This document shows, piece by piece, positions 10,557 through 21,657 of a stretch of DNA of 63,060 nucleotides (within the stretch, counting starts at the first letter, position 1; every line of letters begins with the position of its first letter). Source of the stretch: Elusimicrobia bacterium CG1_02_37_114 (GTDB taxonomy: Bacteria; Elusimicrobiota; Endomicrobiia; CG1-02-37-114); contig MNXB01000105.1 in assembly GCA_001871125.1 (NCBI GenBank), positions 1-63,060 of the forward strand, in the 5' to 3' direction. Made by a program: the position numbers and the translations under genes. Below the pieces are notes generated by a model. That model did not search any database. It saw only the letters and a list, made by a program, of their open reading frames with translations, and was not told the DNA's origin.

Positions 10557-10776
10557 GTCATTCTGACCCCGATGATTTGTTGCTAAAGCAACCTACTGTT
10601 GGTATCGGGGGAAGAATCTAACTAAATGAGATTCTTCGTTGCCAGATTGTGTCGCAACCCCATTGGAATCCCGAACTTGTTCGGGTAGTACTATCAAGTT
10701 TGATTTCTTTTGTTATTTTTTAGCCCCAACAAGTTGGGGAATCCGGTTACGACACAGTCTGTTCACTCAGAATGAC
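10557..10776. repeat. Nested composite palindromic element
   Basis: Outer IR gtcattctga/tcagaatgac encloses several internal IR pairs. Confidence 0.8.
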
Positions 10777-10843
10777 AGATTGGCGTGTTTCACTGAGTAT
10801 TTACCCCAAATGATACTAAAATTTTAAAATGTTGTCAAAAAAC

Positions 10844-10872
10844 TTGCAAAAGAATTATAAATTTAGTAAATT
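10844..10872 (+). promoter_or_regulatory. Putative glgE promoter (short leader or leaderless)
   Basis: TTGCAA-17 bp-TAAATT, 9 nt before the ATG, no SD. Confidence 0.35.
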
Positions 10873-10881
10873 AATAGAATT

Positions 10882-12948
10882 ATGAAGAAAGAAAAGAATT
10901 TCTGTATAGTAAGAAATGTTTATCCGGAATTGGATGGCGGCAGATACCCGGTCAAAACAGAGATAGATAGAATTTTCATTGTTTCGGCAGATATCGTTTT
11001 TTCTGAAAATAAAATGCTCTCCGTTTCTGAAGTATACCTGAAATATCGCAATAAGCGCCTATCTAAAAAGTGGAATAATGTTGAGATGCAAAATATTGGG
11101 TGGCAGGGTCGCCAGTCACAACGAATAAGTTGTGACATGCCTTGGCGAGCCACCGAGTCGGTGAGGTGGCGGGGAGAGATAAAATTTGATTTACCTGGCA
11201 TCTATGAGTATACGATTGAAGTAGAGTCAGCTCTGCCCCCGAATAAAATCGTCAGGATAGAATATGAGCATATCCTTGAACTCGTTGTTGATTTACCGCA
11301 AGCAAGATTTGCCAACTGGTATGAAATGTTTCACAGGTCCCAGGGTAAAATTCCTAATAAGAGTGCAACATTTAAAGATTGTGAAGAAAGACTTATTGAT
11401 ATAAAAAGTATGGGGTTTAATGTCATATACTTGCCTCCAATACATCCCATCGGAAGGACAAATCGTAAAGGTCCCAATAACAGTGTTAATGCAGGAACTG
11501 ATGACCCGGGCTGTCCCTGGGCAATAGGTAATGAGCAGGGGGGGCATAAGTCTGTCAATCTCGAACTGGGAACTCTTGATGACTTTGAGAAATTTGTCCA
11601 TAGAGCAAAAGAATTTGGAATAGAAATTGCACTTGATATTGCGTTTAACTGTTCGTATGACCATCCGTACGTAAAAGAACATCCGGGCTGGTTTTTCTGG
11701 ACCCCCGACGGACAAATTAGATTTGCGGAAAACCCGCCCAAAAAATACGAAGATGTCTGCATGCTGAACTTTTACCCGAAAGACAGGCAGGAGATGTGGG
11801 ATGAAATGAAGGATATTTTTGTTTTCTGGATAAATTGTGGTGTAAAAATATTTCGGGTGGATAATCCGCATACAAAACCTACTGAATTCTGGACCTGGGT
11901 AATAAAGGAAATAAAGAAAGAGTACCCGGAAGTAATATTTTTTGCCGAAGCATTTACATATTATGAAAAGTTAGAGGGATTGGCAAAGGCTGGATTTACG
12001 CAGTCATATACTTATTTTACCTGGAGGAACAATAAGAACGAACTTCTGGAATATTTCACCAAACTTACACAGAGTGATTTAAGACAGTTCCTTCGTGCGA
12101 ATTTATTTGTTAACACTCCTGATATTTGCCCGCCGATTATACAGACAGGAGGCGTACCGGCATTTAAGATGAGAGCGGCATTGGCTTCTACTCTTTCCTC
12201 GCTGTATGGTATCTACAATGGTTATGAACTGTGTGAAGCGGATGCTTTTCCAGGGACGGAGATATACAGAAATTCAGAGAAGTATCAGTATAAGGTCTGG
12301 GACTGGAATAGACCGGGTAACATTAAGGACTATATCTCCAAACTCAACAGGGTAAGAGAAGAAAACCCTGCATTACATTATTATGATAATTTAAGATTTC
12401 ATGAATCAACGAATGATAATGTTATGGTTTATAGTAAAATATCGCCCGATGGAAAGAATATTATCATTACTGTAGTGAATTTAGATGTCAAAAATATCCA
12501 GGACAGCAGATTGACTCTACCTCTTGAAGAATTTGGTATCGGTTCCGGTGAAGAATACAATGTGCTGGAACTTATTACAGGGAATGAATATACATGGAAA
12601 GGAAGAGAAAACTACGTGAGGCTGGACCCCTATATTGAACCGGTATATATTTTTAGAGTTGAAAAATCTAAAAAATCTAAACAGTACAAAATAGATTCCT
12701 CGTCGGAATCTTCCAGACTTGCAAAACAGCATGGCGAGGAGTTTTTCAGACTCAGGGAAAAGGTTATAAAAGACTATGATTTTTATGCCAGAAGAGACTT
12801 TGTTTCTTTATATTATAGTGAGATTATCCGGCGCGTATATACAGGTCCGACATATGACAGAACTTACGAAGAAGAAATAAACAAAGTCAGCAGACAATAT
12901 GGCTATCTGACAATTATTAATGCTTATATGACCACCGCCGGACATTAG
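10882..12948 (+). CDS. glgE: Alpha-1,4-glucan:maltose-1-phosphate maltosyltransferase (GH13_3)
   Basis: YLPPIHPIG..RKGPNN, GGHKSV, ENPPKKYED, FRVDNPHTKP, FFAEAFT, GFTQSYTYFTWRN, NLFVNTPDI. Confidence 0.92.
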   Translation: MKKEKNFCIVRNVYPELDGGRYPVKTEIDRIFIVSADIVFSENKMLSVSEVYLKYRNKRLSKKWNNVEMQNIGWQGRQSQRISCDMPWRATESVRWRGEIKFDLPGIYEYTIEVESALPPNKIVRIEYEHILELVVDLPQARFANWYEMFHRSQGKIPNKSATFKDCEERLIDIKSMGFNVIYLPPIHPIGRTNRKGPNNSVNAGTDDPGCPWAIGNEQGGHKSVNLELGTLDDFEKFVHRAKEFGIEIALDIAFNCSYDHPYVKEHPGWFFWTPDGQIRFAENPPKKYEDVCMLNFYPKDRQEMWDEMKDIFVFWINCGVKIFRVDNPHTKPTEFWTWVIKEIKKEYPEVIFFAEAFTYYEKLEGLAKAGFTQSYTYFTWRNNKNELLEYFTKLTQSDLRQFLRANLFVNTPDICPPIIQTGGVPAFKMRAALASTLSSLYGIYNGYELCEADAFPGTEIYRNSEKYQYKVWDWNRPGNIKDYISKLNRVREENPALHYYDNLRFHESTNDNVMVYSKISPDGKNIIITVVNLDVKNIQDSRLTLPLEEFGIGSGEEYNVLELITGNEYTWKGRENYVRLDPYIEPVYIFRVEKSKKSKQYKIDSSSESSRLAKQHGEEFFRLREKVIKDYDFYARRDFVSLYYSEIIRRVYTGPTYDRTYEEEINKVSRQYGYLTIINAYMTTAGH
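11109..11170 (+). repeat. Two-hairpin element G, copy 1, in-frame inside glgE
   Basis: tcgcca-gtcacaac-GAATAA-gttgtgac-atgcct-tggcga-gccacc-GAGTCGGTGA-ggtggc. Confidence 0.8.
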
Positions 12949-12956
12949 GAGGCAGA

Positions 12957-14096
12957 ATGAAAGTAACGTATATAGCGAATGAATATCCACCGAATGTTTA
13001 TGGAGGAGCAGGGGTACACTTGAAATATTTATCAAAAGAGATTTCAAAATTAATGGATGTTGAGGTGAAATGTTTTGGCGGCGGTGAAAGAATGGAAGGT
13101 AACATTAAAGTCACCGGTTATGAAATGTGGGATAGATTAACAGGCGGGTATGACCCAAGGTTCAAAAGTGCACTCGGAGCTGTTTCTATAAATTTAGCGA
13201 TGGCCAGGGATGGCATTGATTCAGAAATAGTTCACACGCACACCTGGTATGCAGCATATGCAGGATATCTGGCAAAGCTGCTCTATGGAACAAAGTTCGT
13301 GTTGACCTGCCATAGTCTTGAACCGTTACGTCCCTGGAAGAAGGACCAGCTGGGCAGTGCGTATAATCTCAGTACCTGGTTAGAAAAAGTCGGTGTTGAA
13401 TCCGCTGACAAAGTTGTTGCTGTTTCATCATTTATGAAAGAAGATATTCTGAAGTACTTTAATATAAAGGAAGAAAACCTTGCCGTTGTCCATAATGGAA
13501 TAGATTTAGACATATGGAAGCGCAAACCATTAAGCGACTCTCTAAAAAAAGAGTATGGTATAGAAGACGACTATATACTTTTTGTTGGCAGACCGACGCC
13601 GCAGAAAGGCATGGAATATTTGGTAGAAGCTGCAGATGACATTGATGCGCAGATAGTAATGGGGGCTGCGGGCGCTGATACTAAAGAATACGAAGAAAGA
13701 ATGAAATCAAGAGTTGCAAAGAAAAAGAACATTTTGTGGATACATAAACTTCTGAAGGAAGATGAATACGTGCAACTCTACAGCAGTGCAAAAGTTTTTG
13801 TATGTCCATCAGTATATGAACCGTTCGGGATAATAAACCTGGAAGCGATGGCTTGCAAAACACCCGTTGTTGCAAGTGCAGTTGGCGGGATAAAAGATGT
13901 CGTTATACCGGAGAAAACAGGTCTGCTTGTCCAGCCGGCAGAACCCAAACAAATCTCCTCCGCAGTTAATAGATTGTTAAAAGATAAAGGACTATCTGAG
14001 AGAATGGGCGAAAACGGTAGAGCGAGAGTTGAAGAAAAATTCAGCTGGACAAAAATCGCTCAACAGACGAAAGAATTGTACGAATCCTTGATTTAA
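12957..14096 (+). CDS. glgM: GT4 glycosyltransferase, GlgM/GlgA Corynebacterium-type (maltose-1-phosphate synthase-like)
   Basis: EYPPNVYGGAGVH, HTHTWYA, HSLEPLRPWK..QLG, YEPFGIINLEAMAC; adjacent to glgE. Confidence 0.8.
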   Translation: MKVTYIANEYPPNVYGGAGVHLKYLSKEISKLMDVEVKCFGGGERMEGNIKVTGYEMWDRLTGGYDPRFKSALGAVSINLAMARDGIDSEIVHTHTWYAAYAGYLAKLLYGTKFVLTCHSLEPLRPWKKDQLGSAYNLSTWLEKVGVESADKVVAVSSFMKEDILKYFNIKEENLAVVHNGIDLDIWKRKPLSDSLKKEYGIEDDYILFVGRPTPQKGMEYLVEAADDIDAQIVMGAAGADTKEYEERMKSRVAKKKNILWIHKLLKEDEYVQLYSSAKVFVCPSVYEPFGIINLEAMACKTPVVASAVGGIKDVVIPEKTGLLVQPAEPKQISSAVNRLLKDKGLSERMGENGRARVEEKFSWTKIAQQTKELYESLI

Positions 14097-14164
14097 ACGG
14101 CAGCATAGTTGAATGCATGGGGCCGTTTATCCCAGCGAATAGTCCGAATTCGGACTGCGAGGGG
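14094..14164 (+). repeat. Bipartite element H, copy 1
   Basis: taaacggc..gccgttta-tcccagcgaatag-tccgaattcgga-ctgcgagggg; homologous to 32752-32841. Confidence 0.7.
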
Positions 14165-14207
14165 TAATTTTATTAATGGTTCCAAAATTTTTTCCGATTT
14201 CGGACTC

Positions 14208-14237
14208 TTGACAACCACTGAAAAATTTTGGTATAAT
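14208..14237 (+). promoter_or_regulatory. Consensus sigma70 promoter
   Basis: TTGACA-18 bp-TATAAT, with gggag SD before ATG 14264. Confidence 0.7.
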
Positions 14238-14263
14238 AAAACCAATGAAGGGAGATATAACAA

Positions 14264-14524
14264 ATGGCAATAGTAAATACTTTAAAGATTTATGAAGATT
14301 TAAGGACAAAACTTCAAGATGAGCCAGCAAAAGCAATTGCTGAAACTATTGAGCGTTCTCTTGAAGAATACCGAGAAAACCAGAAGGAGTTTCTCGTAAC
14401 GAAGACAGAGTTTAGAGAAACAATTGCTAATTTACGCGCAGAACTTATCAAATGGATGTTTATTTTCTGGATTGGACAAATAGGTGTAATAACAGGGATA
14501 CTTTTTGCATATTTTAAGAAGTAG
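14264..14524 (+). CDS. DUF1640-like small coiled-coil protein with C-terminal TM helix
   Basis: FLVTKTEF..LRAELIKWMFIFWIGQIGV pattern, good SD. Confidence 0.7.
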   Translation: MAIVNTLKIYEDLRTKLQDEPAKAIAETIERSLEEYRENQKEFLVTKTEFRETIANLRAELIKWMFIFWIGQIGVITGILFAYFKK

Positions 14525-14825
14525 ATTTAGAAATACTGAAATTAAATTGAATAAGTCGGGGGAAGTATTAGTTCGGGGGCAAGGAAAATTATTCCAAGAG
14601 TTATTCAAACAGCTGAAATTCACAGATGAAGAAATTGAAAAATTACTAGGTGAAAATTATAAGCGTCCCTTTTTTTTCAAGTTCAAATGATTTGTTTATA
14701 CGAAGTTATCGTAGTTCCATCTTTTACTATGTTTTACCGTCTTATATGCAAGCCGTTGCCGTTGACAAGTTTTTTTGGCGTATTGTGCTGTTGATAACTT
14801 CGTAAAAAAATTTTCCGCCCTCCTC

Positions 14826-14854
14826 TTGACAACGATAAATTATATTGTTATAAT
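14826..14854 (+). promoter_or_regulatory. rRNA operon promoter
   Basis: Perfect TTGACA-17 bp-TATAAT about 200 nt before 16S. Confidence 0.8.
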
Positions 14855-14884
14855 ATATGGTTTGGAAAATAGAATTTTATACAA

Positions 14885-14895
14885 TGTTCTTTGAA
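14885..14895 (+). promoter_or_regulatory. rrn leader boxA antitermination site
   Basis: tgttctttgaa; second copy in the ITS at 17016-17027. Confidence 0.6.
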
Positions 14896-14968
14896 TTACT
14901 TTGAATTATTTGTCGCATTCTAATGAGCATACTATATAGTTAACATTTCAAATTCTTGAAAAAAAGTA

Positions 14969-15036
14969 TAAAAGGGTAAACCCTTAATTCCTGGGTAAAC
15001 CCTTAACTCCTGGAGTTAATCCTTCAGGATTTTACT
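14969..15036 (+). repeat. Family B copy in the pre-16S leader
   Basis: Same modules as 4780-4868. Confidence 0.85.
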
Positions 15037-15052
15037 TGAAAATTTTTAAATT

Positions 15053-16628
<1,576 letters not shown>

Positions 16629-16738
16629 TAAGGAGTCAAAGTTTTAGATTTGATTCTAGGTCGGTTCATTAGCTATACTAGTGTGCTCATCGGATTGCGA
16701 TAAGTTGTTAAATAATTGGTAACTATTCAGTCAACCAG

Positions 16739-16814
16739 TAGGAATTAAATCTTTAGCCTTTTAATAAAAGCCTAAAGGCTAAATTCCTATAAAAGCCTAA
16801 AGGCTAAATTCCTA
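16739..16814. repeat. Family C cluster in the ITS: one degenerate inverted copy plus two tandem 25-bp units
   Basis: taaaagcctaaaggctaaattccta at 16765-16789 and 16790-16814. Confidence 0.85.
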
Positions 16815-16827
16815 TTTTTAAAAGAAG

Positions 16828-16901
16828 GGGCCTATAGCTCAGTTAGCTAGAGCGCACCCCTGATAAGGGTGAGGTGAGAGGTGCAATTCCTCTTAGGCCC
16901 A
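16828..16901 (+). tRNA. tRNA-Ile(GAT)
   Basis: gggccta/taggccc acceptor stem, caccc-ctGATaa-gggtg anticodon arm; CCA not encoded. Confidence 0.95.
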
Positions 16902-16927
16902 TTAGTAAAAAGTTCTTGACATGGCAC

Positions 16928-17000
16928 GGGGATGTAGTTCAGCTGGGAGAACATCCGGTTTGCATCCGGAAGGTCAGGGGTTCGATCCCCCTCATCTCCA
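16928..17000 (+). tRNA. tRNA-Ala(TGC)
   Basis: ggggatg/catctcc acceptor stem with G3:U70, tccgg-ttTGCat-ccgga, gttcga T-loop. Confidence 0.97.
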
Positions 17001-17015
17001 CTTTTGATTGAATAT

Positions 17016-17027
17016 TGTTCTTTGACA
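17016..17027 (+). promoter_or_regulatory. ITS boxA
   Basis: tgttctttgaca. Confidence 0.6.
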
Positions 17028-17067
17028 TTTTTTTATATTAAAGTAGGTATCAGCGTCTTAAAGAATT

Positions 17068-17106
17068 CATCCCGATGTCAGATTTCGTGAGAAATCTATC
17101 GGGATG
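17068..17106. repeat. Family A hairpin in the ITS before 23S
   Basis: catcccgat..agatttc-gtga-gaaatct..atcgggatg. Confidence 0.75.
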
Positions 17107-17634
17107 GGATGAAATGATATGGCCAAGTAAGAAAGGGCATACAGTGGATCTCTTGGTGAAGGTCGTTGATGAAGGCCGTGGTAAACTGCGATAAGGTGCG
17201 GTGAGGAGCAAACATCCTGTGATCCGCACATTGCCGAATGGGGAAAACCGCCCCGATGCAAATCGGGGCACTATGATATGAATACATAGTATCATAGGAA
17301 TAACCCAGGGAAGTGAAACATCTCAGTACCTGGAGGAAAAGAAATCGAAAGAGATTCCCTTAGTAGTGGCGAGCGAACAGGGAAGAGCCTAAACTTGTCC
17401 CGATGCAAATCGGGATGAGGGTTGTAGGGTTTTAACAGTCCCGCTTCGGTGGGACAGGAAGTTACAAATGGAGTCTATAGTTGAATGGTCCTGGAATGGC
17501 CAACCATAGATGGTGAAAGTCCAGTAGATAAAATAGATTTCACTTCCTCGTTAGAATTCCTGAGTATCATTGAACACGTGAAATTCAGTGAGAATCCGCC
17601 CGGACCATCGGGCAAGGCTAAATACGAACCTTCA

Positions 17635-17665
<31 letters not shown>

Positions 17666-19242
17666 ATGAAAAGAACCCCTGATGGGGAGTGAAATAGAAC
17701 ATGAAACTGTATGTCTACAAGCAGTCAAAGCACTATGTCCTGATTCCGAGCAATCGGGAGAAGGAAATGTGCGATGGCGTGCCTGTTGAAGAATGATCCG
17801 GCGAGTTACTTTAACGACCAAGTTTAAGTCCGGACTGAATAGGTCCGGATGAAACGTAGGGAAACCGAGTCTTAATAGGGCGAATAGGTCGTTGGAGTAG
17901 ACCCGAAGCCAAGTGATCTATCCCTGGCCAGGTTGAATCCTGCGTAATAGCAGGAGGAGGACCGAACCATTTAGTGTTGCAAAACTACTGGATGAGCTTG
18001 GGATAGGGGTGAAAGGCTAATCTAACTTGGTGATAGCTGGTTCTCCCCGAAATAGCTTTAGGGCTAGCCTGATAGTTTGAATTCGAGGGGTAGAGCACTG
18101 GATAATGTAGGACCTGCAACCCAGGTTCCGAATTTAACCAAACTCCGAATACTCGAATGGACACTATTGGAGTCAGTTTGTGCGGGATAAGCTGCACATG
18201 CAAAAGGGGAACAGCCCAGACCATCGGTTAAGGTCCCAAAATTGAAGTTAAGTGGAAAAGGACGTATTATTGCAAAGACAGCTAGGAGGTTAGCTTAGAA
18301 GCAGCTATCCTTTAAAGAGTGCGTAACAGCTCACTAGTCAAGCGATTTTGCGCCGAAAATGTCCGGGGCTAAACTTCATACCGAAACCATGGCTGTCCCG
18401 ATGTAAGTCCGAATTTGGACTATCGGGACGGGGTAGGGGAGCGTTCTATCAGCAATGAAGATAGACCGAGAGGACTATTGGAGTTGATGGAAGTGAGGAT
18501 GTCGGAATAAGTAGCGATAATGGTTGTGAAAATCAACCACGCCGAAAGCCCAAGGTTTCCTTGAGCAATGTTCGTCAGCTCAGGGTTAGTCGGTCCTAAG
18601 CTGAGGCCGAAAGGCGTAAGCGATGGATATCCGGTTAATATTCCGGAACCATTCTGGAGTCGTTAGTCACTAACTTTGTGCGCATTAGAGTATGGTTATC
18701 TCCGTGTTGAATTACGGGGTTTAATCCCGCCGTGAGGCGGGAGAATACGACCCTCGAGAAATCGGGGGGAAGTAACTGAATCTGGTGCCAAGAAAAGCAA
18801 AGTTTAGGAGTCTCCGGGATGACCGTACCGCAAACCAACACAGGTGGGTAGGGTGAATAACCTAAGGCGCGCGAGTGATTTGCCGCTAAGGAACTCGGCA
18901 AAATTGCCCTGTAACTTCGGGATAAAGGGTTCCCCCGATTTATCGGGGGATTCAATAAAGAGTCTCATGCGACTGTTTAACAAAAACACAGGTCTCTGCT
19001 TAAATCGTAAGATGATGTATAGGGACTGACGCCTGCCCGGTGCTAGAAGGTCAAGAGGAGTTGTCATCTCTGACGCAAGTTGGGGAGAAGCGATGAATTT
19101 AAGCCCTAGTAAACGGCGGCCGTAACTATTGTTTGGACCACAGTAGTTGTAAAATCTGGCTATATGCTGGAAAATCCTGGTATGCTAACAGTACTCCTGT
19201 TAATGTTGATAAGAACAGGACGTGACAATCTGTTAGATAGGG

Positions 19243-19303
19243 CTGCGTATTCGCACGAATAAGTGCGAATGAGTTACGCAGGACGGCGAGAAGGTGAGCC
19301 GGC
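19243..19303 (+). repeat. Element G, copy 2, inside the L1917 intron
   Basis: ctgcgta-ttcgcac-GAATAA-gtgcgaa-tgagt-tacgcag-gacggc-GAGAAGGTGA-gccggc. Confidence 0.8.
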
Positions 19304-19340
19304 GGGACAATCAGCAGGAAAGACCTGAAATGAGGGCTCC

Positions 19341-19835
19341 ATGCGAACAGAAACAGGCTATTACTTAGCAGGTTTTGCAGACGGAGAAGGAAGTTTTAAT
19401 ATTTCTTTCAGACCGAGGCAAGATTATAAGTTACCGTGGAAAATCTCTCTCTGCTTTAACATTTCCCAGAAGGATAAAGTTATTCTGTCGTTATTCAAAC
19501 GTTATTTGGTTTGTGGAACATTAAGGAGCAGACCCGATGGTGTTTGGTATTACGAAGTAAATAACTTCAATGCGATATGGGAAAAGGTAATACCTTTCTT
19601 TAAGAAATATAGATTCTTGTCCGCTAAGAAAAAACGTGACTTCTCAAAATTTTGCCAGATAGCAGAAATGGTAAAAAAAGGGGAGCATCTTAAAGAAGAT
19701 GGTATCAGAAGAATTGTTGAAATAAGACGAGAGATGAATGACGGTGGTAAACGCAAGTATAGCAATACGGAGATCCTAAGTAAATTTCAGGAATCCCCAG
19801 AGACTATACGCCAGATCCCGATAACTCGGGAATGA
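19341..19835 (+). CDS. Single-motif LAGLIDADG homing endonuclease (L1917 intron)
   Basis: YYLAGFADGEGSFNI, FNISQK, IPFFKKY. Confidence 0.93.
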   Translation: MRTETGYYLAGFADGEGSFNISFRPRQDYKLPWKISLCFNISQKDKVILSLFKRYLVCGTLRSRPDGVWYYEVNNFNAIWEKVIPFFKKYRFLSAKKKRDFSKFCQIAEMVKKGEHLKEDGIRRIVEIRREMNDGGKRKYSNTEILSKFQESPETIRQIPITRE

Positions 19836-19890
19836 TATAGTCCGGTCTCCGATGAAAATCGGAGTTAACATAAACGAACGGTCCTAAGGT

Positions 19891-20563
19891 TAGTTTAATG
19901 CTAGCCTGTTCCGGTAGTAATATCGGAAGTAATATTTAACTATATGCGGGGAACTCCCCAAAAAATGTTTGATACTAGTCTATTCATTTGAATGGGACAG
20001 TAAAAAATCAACATACATGAGGACAATCCGCAGGGAAGGCATATTATGGATAATAATATGAACCCTCAGAGACTACACGTTGAATATCCGAATTGCAACA
20101 GCTTGACTCCTGACTGGATTGTGGGATTCGTAGACGGGGAAGGTTGTTTTCACATAGGGATAAATAAGAATGACGAAGTTAAATCCGGGTACCAGGTTTT
20201 ACCCGAATTGACAGTCGTCCAACACAAACGAGACATTCAACTTCTTTATCGATTACGCACATTTATGAAATGTGGCGTGGTAAGAAGTAATCATGGAGAC
20301 CGTTTCTGTTGGCGTGTCAGATGTCTTAAAAACCTTGTGGAAATAATTCTTCCATTTTTTGAAAAGCATCCATTGAAATCAAAAAAAAATATTGAATTTC
20401 ACAGATTTGCAAAGGTGGTGCGAATGATGGAGAAAGATAAACACCTTACCCAGGAAGGATTCCAGAAGATTATTAAAATTGCGGAAGAGATGAACAGGCA
20501 AGAGCAAAGAGAAATTCGGATAAAGATATAGTCCACACTTCGATGAAAATCGAGGATTTTGTG
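19891..20563 (+). mobile_element. Group I intron at 23S position L1931
   Basis: Follows ctaaggt (U1931), ends in G before agcgaaattcc; Q aatccgcag, R tcagagactacacg, S aagatatagtcc. Confidence 0.93.
20046..20531 (+). CDS. Single-motif LAGLIDADG homing endonuclease (L1931 intron)
   Basis: WIVGFVDGEGCFHI, TVVQH, ILPFFEKHPL. Confidence 0.93.
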   Translation: MDNNMNPQRLHVEYPNCNSLTPDWIVGFVDGEGCFHIGINKNDEVKSGYQVLPELTVVQHKRDIQLLYRLRTFMKCGVVRSNHGDRFCWRVRCLKNLVEIILPFFEKHPLKSKKNIEFHRFAKVVRMMEKDKHLTQEGFQKIIKIAEEMNRQEQREIRIKI

Positions 20564-20610
<47 letters not shown>

Positions 20611-21053
20611 CGAAATGAGAACTGTCTCGGCGGCAAACTCGGCGAAATTGTGGTGTCCGTGAAGACGCGGACTACCTGCGGATAGACGAAAAGACCCCGT
20701 GGAGCTTTACTATAGCTTAATATTGAATTACGGGGTAGGATGCGTAGCATAGGTGGGAGGCTTTGATTCCCCGATTTTGGTCGGGGAGGAGCCGCCAGTG
20801 AAATACCACCCTTTCTGCTTTGTGGTTCTAATTCTAGTCCGTGAAACCGGACGGAAGACAGTGTTAGGTGGGTAGTTTGACTGGGGCGGTTACCTCCCAA
20901 AGAGTAACGGAGGCGTTCAAAGGTACCCTCATCCTGAATAAAAGTCAGGAGTTGAGTGCAAAGGCATAAGGGTGCTTGACTGCGAGTCCGACGGGACAAG
21001 CAGGTACGAAAGTAGGACTTAGTGATCCGGTGGTTGCGTATGGAAGTGCCATC

Positions 21054-21090
<37 letters not shown>

Positions 21091-21121
21091 TATCGAGCCC
21101 GAGAGTCCATATCGACGGCTC

Positions 21122-21162
<41 letters not shown>

Positions 21163-21657
21163 GAGCAGGTCCCAAGGGTTTGGCTGTTCGCCAATTAAAG
21201 CGGTACGTGAGCTGGGTTCAGTACGTCGTGAGACAGTACGGTCTCTATCTTCCGTAGGTGTTGGAAACTTGAGGGGAGCTGGCCTTAGTACGAGAGGACC
21301 AGGCTGGACAAGCCTCTGGTGTGCCTGCTATCGCGTCAGCGGTATTAGCAGGGTAGCCATTGCTTGGATAGAATAACCGCTGAAAGCATCTAAGCGGGAA
21401 GTCAACCCTAAAACAAGGTTTCCCTCCCGATGAAAGTCGGGACTGAAGGTCACCAGAAGACTACTGGTTTTATAGGTCGGGTGTGTAAGTCCAGTAATGG
21501 ATTGAGCTAACCGATACTAATCGACCGTGCGGCTTGGCCATATCTTTTGATCCAAAACATAAAAGTTTAAATGTACAGGACGTGGAAATTATTTTTGTAT
21601 TTCCTTGATTTTCCTGCCTTTTACTTTTTATAAAACAATCATTTGTTGAATTTAATT

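Larger units (their letters stand above)
19130..19876 (+). mobile_element. Group I intron at 23S position L1917
   Basis: Follows ccgtaactat (U1917), ends in G; Q aatcagcag, R cagagactatacg, S gatatagtcc. Confidence 0.93.

Noticed and set aside
11109-11170. Element G as a tRNA fragment or a known small ribozyme
   Set aside because: It has no D/T-loop consensus and no hammerhead, twister or pistol core that I can recognise.
16765-16814. Tandem 25-bp repeats as a possible CRISPR array
   Set aside because: There are no spacers and no cas genes. The same applies to the 22-bp tandem at 51089-51132 and the 20-bp pair at 60985-61028.
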